Shown here: piece by piece, positions 15,615 to 24,768 of the stretch
How the letters are laid out: every line of letters starts with the position of its first letter
How positions within the stretch are numbered: position 1 is the stretch's first letter
Source: Acidimicrobiales bacterium
GTDB taxonomy: Bacteria > Actinomycetota > Acidimicrobiia > Acidimicrobiales > JAJPHD01
NCBI GenBank assembly: GCA_035643555.1
Contig: DASQQH010000508.1
Location: 1 to 25,143, forward strand
DNA length: 25,143 nucleotides
Direction of reading: 5' to 3'
Program-made: the position numbers and the translations under genes
The notes under the pieces: model-generated
The model's database searches: none
What the model was told of the DNA's origin: nothing
Seen by the model: only the letters and a program-made list of their open reading frames with translations

Positions 15615-17156
15615 GTGGGGAGGAACCGCCACCGCCGGGACCGTTTCGGTCCCCTCTACCGGCTGGTGCACGCCGGCGCACTCGCCGGCCGCCGCCAGCT
15701 GGTCACCGTCCTGGGGGGACCGGAGCGGACACGGGTGATCGTCGTGCTCGCCTGCGTGCTGGCGCTGGCGAGCGCGGACACCGCGACGGTGGGGGCCTCG
15801 GCCATCGAGCTGCGGCACGCCCTACGGATCAACAACACCGAGATCGGGCTGCTGGTGGCGGTCACCTCCGTGGTGGGGGCGGTCTTCTCCCTGCCGTTCG
15901 GGGCGCTGGCGGACCGGGTCCGCCGCACCTGGATGCTCGCCGGCGCCGTGGTGGCCTGGGGGGCGGGCATGGTGTGGAGCGCCACGGCCGGGTCCTTCGG
16001 CCAGTTGCTCGTGGCGCGCCTCTTCCTGGGGGCGGTGATGGCCGCGGCCGGGCCGGTCGTGGCCTCCCTGGTCGGGGACTGGTTCCCCGGGGGTGAGCGG
16101 GGGAAGATCTACAGCTACATCCTCACGGGCGAGCTGGTGGGCGCCGGGGTCGGCTTCGCGGTGACCGGGGACGTCGCGGCCCTGTCGTGGCGGGCGGCGT
16201 TCGTCCTGTTGGCTGTGCCCGCGTTGGTCCTGGCGTGGTTGGTGTTCAGGTTGCCGGAGCCGGCTCGGGGAGGGCAGGGGGCCCTGCTGGCTGCCGAGAG
16301 CGGGGACACCCCGACCGACGACCGACAAGGTGGAGCGACCCGGGGGACCGACGAACCCGAGGTCACCGACGCCCAGCGCCTGGCGCTGGCCCGGGGCGTC
16401 TCCCCTGATCCCCGGCTGGCTGCCCGAGCCTGGCCGCGTATGGGGTTCGTGGCTGCGGTGCGCTACGTCCTCGCCGTGCGGACCAACGTGGCGCTCATCG
16501 TCTCGAGTGCCTGTGGCTACTACTTCCTGGCGGGTGTCCAGACCTTCGGCGTGGAGTTCGCGACCGCCCAGTACCACGTGTCTCAGGTCGTGGCCACCCT
16601 CCTGCTGCTCGTGCTGGGCGGCGGGGCCGTGGCCGGGGTGCTCGTCGCCGGACCATTGGGCGACACCCTCCTGCGCCGGGGGCGCCTCGCAAGTCGTGTG
16701 GTGGTGAGCGCCGTGGCGACGGCGGTCACCGTGGTGTTGTTCGTCCCCGCCCTCGTCACCCGGAGCGCGCTGGAGGCGCTGCCCTACCTGGTGTTCGCGG
16801 CGGCGGCCCTGGCGGCGCAGAACCCGCCCCTGGACGCTGCCCGCCTCGACATCATGCCCTCGTGGCTCTGGGGTCGCGCCGAGGGAGTGCGCACCACGCT
16901 GCGCACCGGCGCCCAGGCGCTCGCCCCGTTGCTGTTCGGCGCCGTGTCGGACTACGTCTTTGGTGGCGGGCATGCCGGTCTGCGCTGGACCTTCATCGTG
17001 ATGTTGGTGCCCCTGAGCGCCAGCTCGGCGATCCTGTTCCGGGCGGCACGCCGCTATCCGAGGGACGTGGCCACCGCCGCCGCCGCCCAGACCGCCGCCG
17101 GCCCGGTGGGCGAGCAGCCCCCGGATCGCCCTCGGTCACCCCGGCACCGTCCCTGA
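15615..17156 (+). CDS. MFS transporter (spinster-like) with long central loop
   Basis: SD GAGGAAG before GTG 15615; PFGALADRVRRT (motif A), LLVARLFLG and DWFPGGERGK. The track ORF from 15300 is over-extended. Confidence 0.88.
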   Translation: MGRNRHRRDRFGPLYRLVHAGALAGRRQLVTVLGGPERTRVIVVLACVLALASADTATVGASAIELRHALRINNTEIGLLVAVTSVVGAVFSLPFGALADRVRRTWMLAGAVVAWGAGMVWSATAGSFGQLLVARLFLGAVMAAAGPVVASLVGDWFPGGERGKIYSYILTGELVGAGVGFAVTGDVAALSWRAAFVLLAVPALVLAWLVFRLPEPARGGQGALLAAESGDTPTDDRQGGATRGTDEPEVTDAQRLALARGVSPDPRLAARAWPRMGFVAAVRYVLAVRTNVALIVSSACGYYFLAGVQTFGVEFATAQYHVSQVVATLLLLVLGGGAVAGVLVAGPLGDTLLRRGRLASRVVVSAVATAVTVVLFVPALVTRSALEALPYLVFAAAALAAQNPPLDAARLDIMPSWLWGRAEGVRTTLRTGAQALAPLLFGAVSDYVFGGGHAGLRWTFIVMLVPLSASSAILFRAARRYPRDVATAAAAQTAAGPVGEQPPDRPRSPRHRP

Positions 17157-17510
17157 CCCGCCCGGAGGGTTCTCGGGACCCGGGTGGCACACCTCTGGCC
17201 CCTGCGGCGGGCACGATCCCGACGGTGGACGGTGCTCGCCGCCAGGGTGTGGCAACTGGGGACAACCTGTGGACGGAAAGCCCGGCCGGGTGGGATCGGC
17301 GAGCGTCGAGGAAACGGCGGTGCACCACGCCCGGTGCGCCGCTGCCGGCCACCGTCCCCCCGCCACCGGGGTGACCGTGGCCGGTCGCAGCCTGGCCAGG
17401 CTCCTCGAGCCCTCGGCAGGGACCAGGCGGTGCCCCCCGTCGGGGGCGTGGCCGAGCGCCTTTCGATCAGGCCCGCGACGCCGCCCGCGCCCCCCGGCAG
17501 GCCCCCCTGG

Positions 17511-18803
17511 TCAGCGGCGGGCGGCCACCGCGGCAAGGGCCTCCCCGGCCGCCTCGACGCAGTGGTCGAGGTCCTGGGCGGTGATGACCAGGGGCGGGCA
17601 GAAGGCAAGGGTGGAAGCGCCCACCGGGCGGGCGATCACCCCCCGGGTGAGGAGCTCGTCGCGCACCGAGACGGCGTCGACGCCCTCGCCCAGGCCCAGG
17701 GCCCAGATGGCGCCGTCCCCCCGGGCCTCGAGGGCGGCGTCCTTGTCCACCAGGGAGGAAAGGCCCCGCCCGAGGCGGGCGCCCATCTCCCCCGCCGCCT
17801 CGAGGAGGCCCTCCGAGGCGAGGATGGCCAGGTTGGCCAGGGCGGCGGCCGAGCCGGTGGGGTGGCCGGCGTAGGTGTTGCCGTGGCGGAGGACGAAGGA
17901 GGGATCGGCCTCCAGGGGGCCCCGGGCGCTTTCGCCCACCAGGACCCCCCCGACGGGCTGGTAGCCCGAGGTCACCCCCTTGGCGAAGGTGACGAGGTCG
18001 GGGCGCACCCCGTAGTGCTCGGCCCCCCACCAGGTCCCCAGCCGGCCGAAGCCACAGATCACCTCGTCCAGGATCAAGAAGGCGCCGTGGCGGTCACAGA
18101 CCCGGCGAAGCCCCCCCAGATAGCCAGGCGAGGGAGGGTAGACCCCCCCGGCGCCCACCACGGGCTCGGCGATGACCGCGGCCAGCCGTGGCCCGAGGGG
18201 CCCGCCGGGGGCGTCCCCGTCCTCGAGGAGGGCCTCGAGGCCGGGGAGGTCGTCCCGGCCCACCTGGACCACGTCGGCGAGGAGGGGGCCGAAGCCCTCC
18301 TGGTTCGCCGGGAGCCCGGTCGCCGACATGGCCCCGTAGGTGACCCCGTGGTAGGAGGGGCGCCGGCTCACCACCACCGAGCGGGCGGGGTCGCCGGCCC
18401 GGGCGTGGGCGGCCCGGGCCAGTTTGATGGCGGTCTCCACCGCCTCTGAGCCCCCGCTGGTGAGGAACACCCGGGCGCCCGGCATGGGGGCCAGGTCCGA
18501 AAGCTCCTCACAGAGGCGGTCGGTGGGGGGGTTGGCGAAGCGGTCGAAGGTGTGGAACCCGGCCAGGGTGGCCGCCTGGTCGGAGATGGCCCGGGCGATC
18601 TCCCCCCGCCCGTGGCCCACCTGGCAGTACCACAGGCTGGCCAGGGCGTCGACGTAGCTCCGCCCCTGGTCGTCGACCACCCTCGCCCCCTCCCCCGAGA
18701 CGATGGAGAGGTAGGCCGAGGCCGGCGCCGCGGGGGACGCGTAGGGGTGGAGCTGGGCAGGTGGGCGGCCCTTGTCCCGGGGGGCGGTGGGGGTGGGTTC
18801 CAT
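17511..18803 (-). CDS. Class III PLP-dependent aminotransferase (omega-amino acid/polyamine type)
   Basis: YVDALASLWYCQVGHGR, SGGSEAVETAIKLAR, SYHGVT, LILDEVICGFGRLG and DLVTFAKGVTSGY (PLP Lys). CACCAT-N7-ATG supports the start at 18803. Confidence 0.92.
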   Translation of the reverse strand: MEPTPTAPRDKGRPPAQLHPYASPAAPASAYLSIVSGEGARVVDDQGRSYVDALASLWYCQVGHGRGEIARAISDQAATLAGFHTFDRFANPPTDRLCEELSDLAPMPGARVFLTSGGSEAVETAIKLARAAHARAGDPARSVVVSRRPSYHGVTYGAMSATGLPANQEGFGPLLADVVQVGRDDLPGLEALLEDGDAPGGPLGPRLAAVIAEPVVGAGGVYPPSPGYLGGLRRVCDRHGAFLILDEVICGFGRLGTWWGAEHYGVRPDLVTFAKGVTSGYQPVGGVLVGESARGPLEADPSFVLRHGNTYAGHPTGSAAALANLAILASEGLLEAAGEMGARLGRGLSSLVDKDAALEARGDGAIWALGLGEGVDAVSVRDELLTRGVIARPVGASTLAFCPPLVITAQDLDHCVEAAGEALAAVAARR

Positions 18804-18978
18804 GGCGCCCATGGTGGCACGGGCGGGGGAGGGGGGAGCGAGGCGGCCGGCGGCCGGTTCTCCCGAGACGCCCTGCCTGCCCGGGCCGGGGCTCGGTGCT
18901 CGGCACACACGTCTCCGGCCGGGACCCCGCCTGTCCACGGTCGGGCCGGGGACGTGGGCGTCGGGGCGTTCGTGTCCT

Positions 18979-20226
18979 TCAGGCGAACATGGCGTGCAGC
19001 TGACGGGCCGTGCCCTCGCCCACCTCCTGTTGCACGAGTTCGTTCGGACCGATGTAGATCTGGATGATCTTGGTGTCCCGCATGTACTTCTCGACCCCAC
19101 CGTCGACGCTGTAGCCCCTCGAGCCCATCAACTGGACGGCCCGGGTCGTCACCTCCATGGCGGTATCGCTCGCGTACACCTTGGCCATCGACGCGTGGTG
19201 GAGGCTACGGCTGTTCGGTTGGGTGTTCAGCCATGCTGCGCGCCAGGTCAGGAGGCGTGCGGCGTCCAGTTGCCCGGCGGCCTCCCCGACCAGGTAGCGG
19301 ACCACCGGATGGTCGACCAGGAGGGCGTCACCGGCCCCGCGATGGGCCAACCAGCCCAGCGCGGTCTCCAGCGCCGCCCGGGCGATACCGATGGCGATCG
19401 CCGCCGCCCCCACCCGGTTGTAGGCGAGGGTGCGCTGGAGGATCCCCATGCCCTCGCCGGGTCGGCCCAGCAGGTGGCTCGAGGGTACCCGGACGTCCTC
19501 GAGGAGGATCTCCCCGTTGCGGTCGCCGCTCATCCCCATCTTGCGCACCGGGGGGCCGACACTGACCCCTGGTCGGTCACGCTCCACCACCACCAGACAG
19601 GAACCGCTCTCGCCGGCGTGGCGGTCGGTGGTCGCCACCACCGTGTAGAGCGAGGCCACGTCGAAGTTGGAGGGCCACAGCTTGCGACCCCTGATCAGCA
19701 GCTCGTCGGCCTGGAACCGGACTTCGGTCTCCACCGTCCCCATCTTCAGATGGGGATCCTCGATTGCCGCGCCCCCGGTCGGCTCGGTCATGGCCATGCA
19801 GACCAGGAAGGGACGTTCCCGATCCGCGCACCGACGGAGCCAGGCGTCCCTCAGGTCTGGGCTCGCAGCCATCAGAATGGGCGTCTGGCCGAACCAGGAG
19901 GCTCCCACGGCGGTAGCGATGCCACCGTCCGCCGCTCCCAGCTCCTCCAGCGCGAGCACGCAGTCGACGTTGTTGCCGCCCTCTCCCCCCAACGCCTCGG
20001 GCACGGGCAGTGCGAGGATCCCCCGGCGGGCCGCCTCGGTCAGTATGTCGTGGGCAACCTGGCCATCGGCGTAGGTCTCATCGATGCGACCCACACGCGG
20101 CCTGATCGCCTCATCGGCGAAAGCTCGGACGCGCTCGCGCAGGGCACGCTGGGCATCCGACAAATGGAAGTCGAGCACCGGGGCAGAAGCTATCGCCGGC
20201 GGAATGGCCTGACAACAGTCCGTCAC
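18979..20226 (-). CDS. Acyl-CoA dehydrogenase family flavoprotein with atypical active site
   Basis: MAMTEPTGG, GRKLWPSN, KMGMSG, AVQLMGSRGYS and EKYMRDTKIIQIYIGPNE; SD-like GAAGAGGG upstream of GTG 20226. Confidence 0.9.
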   Translation of the reverse strand: MTDCCQAIPPAIASAPVLDFHLSDAQRALRERVRAFADEAIRPRVGRIDETYADGQVAHDILTEAARRGILALPVPEALGGEGGNNVDCVLALEELGAADGGIATAVGASWFGQTPILMAASPDLRDAWLRRCADRERPFLVCMAMTEPTGGAAIEDPHLKMGTVETEVRFQADELLIRGRKLWPSNFDVASLYTVVATTDRHAGESGSCLVVVERDRPGVSVGPPVRKMGMSGDRNGEILLEDVRVPSSHLLGRPGEGMGILQRTLAYNRVGAAAIAIGIARAALETALGWLAHRGAGDALLVDHPVVRYLVGEAAGQLDAARLLTWRAAWLNTQPNSRSLHHASMAKVYASDTAMEVTTRAVQLMGSRGYSVDGGVEKYMRDTKIIQIYIGPNELVQQEVGEGTARQLHAMFA

Positions 20227-20620
20227 GGTCGCGCCCTCTTCTTTCGGGTTCCCCTCGGGGGGAGAGGGGTCTCATCGGCCTCACCGTGCCGCCCCGGCGG
20301 TCGACCCTGGCGAGGTCACGGTCGGCCCTCGGCGTATCGGCGGTGACCAGGCGGGTCCGCTCCCGTGCTGGCGCAAGGCGCCCGGACGCCCGGCGCTGGT
20401 GGTGTCGCCGCCCAGGTCCTCGAGGCGGGCGGCCGGAGTCCCGTGGGCGGGTGGACAGGGCGGTTCGGGAAGGATCGCACGCCGTGTGGCTCCTTCCCCC
20501 CATGTCGGGAGTGACCCGGGTACCTGGTCACCGACAACGGGCCGTTCGGGAGCCAGCCTCCCCGGGTAGGGCACGGTGGGCAACGGGTCCTCACCCGATC
20601 GACCGGCGACGGAGGAGACG

Positions 20621-21511
20621 ATGGGGCAGACACAGACGATCGCCGTGCTGGGCACGGGCATCATGGGCGCGCCGATGGCCCGCAACCTCGCCAGAGCGGG
20701 CTTCGCCGTCCGTGCCTGGAACCGCACCCGGGAGAAGGCGGCGTCCTTGCACGAGGCCGGTATCGAGGTGTGCGACACGCCGGGCGGGGCTGTGGCGGGC
20801 GCGGCGTGTGCCATCACGATGGTCGGTGACGCCGACGCCGTGGAGGCCGTCATGCTCGGACCGGGTGGCGCACTTGAGCAGCCGCCGCCCGGGCTCCTGT
20901 GGCTCCAGTGCGCCACGGTCGGCGTCCAGGGTGCGGACCACTTCGCCAGTGTCGCCCAGGACCGCGACGTCGCCTTCGTCGACGCCCCGGTTCTCGGCAC
21001 CAGGAAGCCAGCGGAGGACGGGACCCTCACCGTGCTCGCCTCCGGGGCCGAGCAGCTCCGGGAGCGCTGCCAGCCGGTCTTCGACGCCGTCGCCCAGAAG
21101 GTGTTGTGGGTGGGGGCGGCGGGGGCGGGCAGCCGGCTCAAGCTGGTGGTGAACAACTGGGTGCTGGCGGTGGTCACCGCCGTCTCGGAGTCCCTGGCCC
21201 TTGCCGAGGGGCTGGGCCTCGATCCCACCCTGTTCCTGTCCGCCATCGAGGGGTCGCAGCTGGACACGCCCTACGCCCATCTCAAGGGCCGGGCCATGAT
21301 CAACCGGGAGTTCCCTGTCTCGTTCCCCGCCGCTGGGGCCTGCAAGGATGCCGGTCTGATCGTGGATGCCATCCGCTCCCGGGGGGTCTCGGGCGAGGTC
21401 GCCGAGGCGGTGCTGCAGAAATTCGAGCACACCGTGCAGGAGGGCCACGGGGATGCCGACATGGCGGCCGCGTTCCTGCACAGCCTCGGTGCCCTGGGGA
21501 ACGGCTCGTGA
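20621..21511 (+). CDS. NAD(P)-dependent beta-hydroxyacid dehydrogenase (3-hydroxyisobutyrate dehydrogenase family)
   Basis: SD GGAGG before ATG; IAVLGTGIMGAPMARNL, FVDAPVLG and GSRLKLVVN (catalytic Lys). Confidence 0.92.
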   Translation: MGQTQTIAVLGTGIMGAPMARNLARAGFAVRAWNRTREKAASLHEAGIEVCDTPGGAVAGAACAITMVGDADAVEAVMLGPGGALEQPPPGLLWLQCATVGVQGADHFASVAQDRDVAFVDAPVLGTRKPAEDGTLTVLASGAEQLRERCQPVFDAVAQKVLWVGAAGAGSRLKLVVNNWVLAVVTAVSESLALAEGLGLDPTLFLSAIEGSQLDTPYAHLKGRAMINREFPVSFPAAGACKDAGLIVDAIRSRGVSGEVAEAVLQKFEHTVQEGHGDADMAAAFLHSLGALGNGS

Positions 21512-21521
21512 GCGATCGACA

Positions 21522-21562
21522 CGCTCGGACCGCCCCGTGGGTCCACGGGGTGCCCCCGAGCG
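21522..21562. terminator. Hairpin between convergent genes
   Basis: CGCTCGG..CCCCGTG-GGTC-CACGGGG..CCGAGCG: two 7-bp stems separated by an internal loop, 10 nt after the dehydrogenase stop. Confidence 0.5.
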
Positions 21563-21727
21563 CCGCGCTCCACCCGCACGGATGGGCGGCTCCGGGGTCG
21601 ATCGGCGCCCGGGATCGGGACGCCCGCGGCTCCGGCCGGGCAGTGGTCGACCGGTCAGCGGTGGGGTGGTGTCGCCGCCTGGAGCCGGGGCCCGGTGGCC
21701 GGAGATCTGCGCCGGGGTTTCCCCCGC

Positions 21728-22114
21728 CTAGGGTCTGAGCGCCCGCAGGACCTGGCGAGCAGCGACGGTTCCCATCTCGTAGGTGACCGCCCGCCCCGCT
21801 CCCTCGATGCGCCTGAAGAGCCGGTCGCCGGACAACTCGGAAACGGCGTTGAGCCCGCTCAGGACCGCCTGTTTGGTCTGGTCCGTCGCCTCGTAGCCCA
21901 TGTGGGCCAAGCCCTTCACCACCTCGTTGTGGGCGATGGGACCCGGTGCGGCGGCAGCGATCAGGGACAGGGCGTCCTTGGTGAGTTCGGCTGCCTGCTC
22001 CACCGCCTCGACCGGGCCCACGTGGTCCGGACGGGATTCGGTTGACGACAGCCATCGGCGGACCTTGCGCACGATTTCTTCGTGGGTCTCGCCTTCGAAG
22101 TACAGGGTCGGCAT
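21728..22114 (-). CDS. Hypothetical protein (128 aa)
   Basis: SD-like GGGGGAG before ATG 22114. Balanced, non-shadow composition and GC-rich third positions. No recognised family. Confidence 0.75.
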   Translation of the reverse strand: MPTLYFEGETHEEIVRKVRRWLSSTESRPDHVGPVEAVEQAAELTKDALSLIAAAAPGPIAHNEVVKGLAHMGYEATDQTKQAVLSGLNAVSELSGDRLFRRIEGAGRAVTYEMGTVAARQVLRALRP

Positions 22115-22559
22115 CGTTTCTCCCCCGTAGTGTGACACACCGGGGGATTCAGGGGCGGGCCTTCACGAGCCCGACAATCCGGGCCTCTGCCCTCGCTCCG
22201 CCAGGGGTCGGCGTGGTGGGTGCGTGCGCCCGCGCCGGTCGGTGCCCCGTCGCAGCAGCGATCGGCGCCGGTGCCCGGGGAGGGATCAGGTGAGGGTGAG
22301 CCGAGCGCCGCTCCTGGGGGGTCGGGGACGAGGACGGTCCCCCGGCGGGCCACCGTGTCGGGTGCCCCGGGCTGGCCCCGGCCAGGGCGTTGCCGGTGGG
22401 GCGTCCGCACCTCGGCCACCCGCCGGTGGTCCGCCTCCGTGTCGGCGGGGCATGGCCCGGAGCTGCGCCCCGGCCTGAACTCGGCGGGGCGCCGCCTGGC
22501 GTGACACGCCACCCGTGGTCGGGTCGGAGCGCCATTGGGTGGATGGTGGCCAAGGCCCG

Positions 22560-23456
22560 TCACGCCGTGCGCCGCAGCCAGTCGGTGATGCGGGCGTTGA
22601 TGGCCGCCGGTTGCTCGACCAGCATGAAGTGCCCCACGCCCTCGATCAGCTCCGACTCGGAGCCCGGGCCACCGTAGGCACGCACCCGCTCGACCTGTTC
22701 GGGGGTCATGCCGTGGCAGCCGTCGGTCGTGCCGTGCAGGTAGAGCGTGGGCTGGGGGACGCTCCCACCCCAGGCGTCCTCCTGTTCCGCCGCCCATGCG
22801 GGTGAGCCGAAGCGGGTGGGGTCGAACTGGCCCCAGTAGTAGCCGAGCGCAGCGCGAAGATGCCGGGGATCGGCCAGGGCCTCGCGGAGGTGGGCCAGGT
22901 CCTCCTCGGCTGGATAGCCCGGTGACCAATCTGCCCAGATGTCACGTATGAAGGCAAAATCGTCCTGGCGGATGCGGTCCTCGATGATGTGTTGCATTTG
23001 GAAGAACCAGAAATAGAAGCTCTTCTTGATCTGGGGATAGGTGACCAGGTTCTCCCCGAAAATGTCGAGCGGGGGGATGTTGATGATGACCGCCCGGCCC
23101 CACAGCCCGGGAGCGCGGCTCAACGCCCCCCACGCCCCCACCGCCCCCCAGTCGTGGGCCACGAGCAGCGCCTCCGGACCACCGCCCAGCGCACGGGCGA
23201 GGGCCATCTGATCGGCGACCATGACGCTGGTGTGCACGTGGTGACGCAACGGGGGGAGCTCGGTGGGAGCGAACCCGCGGCCGAACGGAGCCACGGTATG
23301 GAACCCGGCGTCGGCCAGGGCGGGCAGCAGGTGCCGGTAGGTGAAGGGGGTGTCGGGGAACCCGTGCATGCACAGCGCCAGTGGGCCCCTGCCCATCTCG
23401 AGGTAGTCGAAGGTGATCCCGTTGGCTGCGATCCTGCCTCGCTGGAAGTCGGGCAC
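22560..23456 (-). CDS. Alpha/beta-fold epoxide hydrolase-like protein
   Basis: SD AGGAGG before GTG 23456; MHGFPD, AHDWGA (Asp nucleophile), cap tyrosines (SFYFW, LGYY), HGTTDG and VGHF. Confidence 0.92.
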   Translation of the reverse strand: MPDFQRGRIAANGITFDYLEMGRGPLALCMHGFPDTPFTYRHLLPALADAGFHTVAPFGRGFAPTELPPLRHHVHTSVMVADQMALARALGGGPEALLVAHDWGAVGAWGALSRAPGLWGRAVIINIPPLDIFGENLVTYPQIKKSFYFWFFQMQHIIEDRIRQDDFAFIRDIWADWSPGYPAEEDLAHLREALADPRHLRAALGYYWGQFDPTRFGSPAWAAEQEDAWGGSVPQPTLYLHGTTDGCHGMTPEQVERVRAYGGPGSESELIEGVGHFMLVEQPAAINARITDWLRRTA

Positions 23457-23655
23457 GATGCACCTCCTTGTCGTCTTGGCGATGATGCCCCCCAGGCGTC
23501 GCCCCGCGGGGGCGCAGCGGCGCTGACCCGACCAGCTCCCCCAAGCGGGCCGCCGGCCGCGGTCGGGGCGCGCCGTCCCCGACGACCCGAGTGGGTTCGA
23601 TCGCCGGAGGGGCGGCGATCCACGTCGGGTGGCTGGGCTCCCCCTCCTGGCGTCA

Positions 23656-24768
23656 TCACAACCCCATCGCAACGGCCAGACCGGCGGTCAACAAACCGAA
23701 GAGCACCACCATGCCAGCCACGAAGGCGAGCACCTTGGCGGGCACGGAGCGACCCACCATGGCCAACGACGGGAGGCTCAGGGCCGGCAGGGTGATCATC
23801 AACGCGCCGGCGCCGGCGGCACCCAGGCCGAAGGTCATGAAGGTCTGGATGATCGGGATCTCTCCGGCGGTGGGGATGACGAAGAGGGTGCCGGTCACGG
23901 CCAGTACCAGGACCAACCAGACCGTGTGACCGACGGCGGGACTCATGGCGGGGAAGAACAGCGCACGAGCCGCTCCCAGGCCGAGGACGATCACGGCGTA
24001 CTCGGGCAGGAGGCCGATGCACAACCGGCCCAGTGTTGCCACGTAGCGGACCGCGAGGGGCCGGGGGTCGGTGGTGAGGGCCTGGGCCACGGCCCGATTC
24101 GCCTGCTCGGGCGGGGCTTTCTCTCCGAAGAGGCGCTCGGCCATGGTGGCCACCCCGAGGACCAGCGCCAGGCCCACCACGATCCGCAGCACCGCCCAGC
24201 GCCAGCCGAGCACGAAGGCCATGAACACGATGGTGGCGGGATTGATGACCGGGTTGCCCAGCCAGTAGGCCATGGTGGCCCCCACCGACGCCCGGCTCCG
24301 GGCCAGGCTCACCGTGGTCGGGGCCGAGCAGCAGGTGCACATCATCGACGGCACCGACGCCAGGCCGGCCACCGCGGTCGACCGCCAGCCGGCTCGCCCG
24401 AGAGCGCGCAACAGCCAGTCGCGGGGGAGGAGCTCCTGGACGCCCGCCGCGACGAGGAGGCCCACAAGGAGGGCGGGCCAGATGTCCAGGGCGTAGTACC
24501 GGGCGTAGCTGAGGGCCGCGTGCCAGCCGCCGGGTGCCGCCCCGCCGTGGCCGGAGACCGCCGAGGCGCCCAGGGAATGGGTGGACGCCGCGGTGAATGC
24601 CTTGTGCCAGTAGGGGTGCCACTTCACCAGGTACGTGCCGACGACGGCGACGATGATGAACACCGTCACCGCCGCTGCGGCATACCACCAGGCCCGCCGT
24701 CGGCTGGCAACGCCGGGGAGCGCGTCGGCCCGCCGAATGGGCGAGGGGGCGGAAGGCAACGAGTTCAT
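23656..24768 (-). CDS. DUF318 / UPF0718 (YraQ-like) permease
   Basis: SD AGGAG; LVKWHPYW, IWPALLVGLLVAAGV, SMMCTCCSAP, WLGNPVINP and FVIPTAGEIPII. Confidence 0.9.
   Translation of the reverse strand: MNSLPSAPSPIRRADALPGVASRRRAWWYAAAAVTVFIIVAVVGTYLVKWHPYWHKAFTAASTHSLGASAVSGHGGAAPGGWHAALSYARYYALDIWPALLVGLLVAAGVQELLPRDWLLRALGRAGWRSTAVAGLASVPSMMCTCCSAPTTVSLARSRASVGATMAYWLGNPVINPATIVFMAFVLGWRWAVLRIVVGLALVLGVATMAERLFGEKAPPEQANRAVAQALTTDPRPLAVRYVATLGRLCIGLLPEYAVIVLGLGAARALFFPAMSPAVGHTVWLVLVLAVTGTLFVIPTAGEIPIIQTFMTFGLGAAGAGALMITLPALSLPSLAMVGRSVPAKVLAFVAGMVVLFGLLTAGLAVAMGL

Noticed and set aside
20621-21511. Imine reductase call
   Set aside because: The beta-HAD catalytic Lys (GSRLKLVVN) is retained, whereas typical IREDs have Asp or Tyr at that position.
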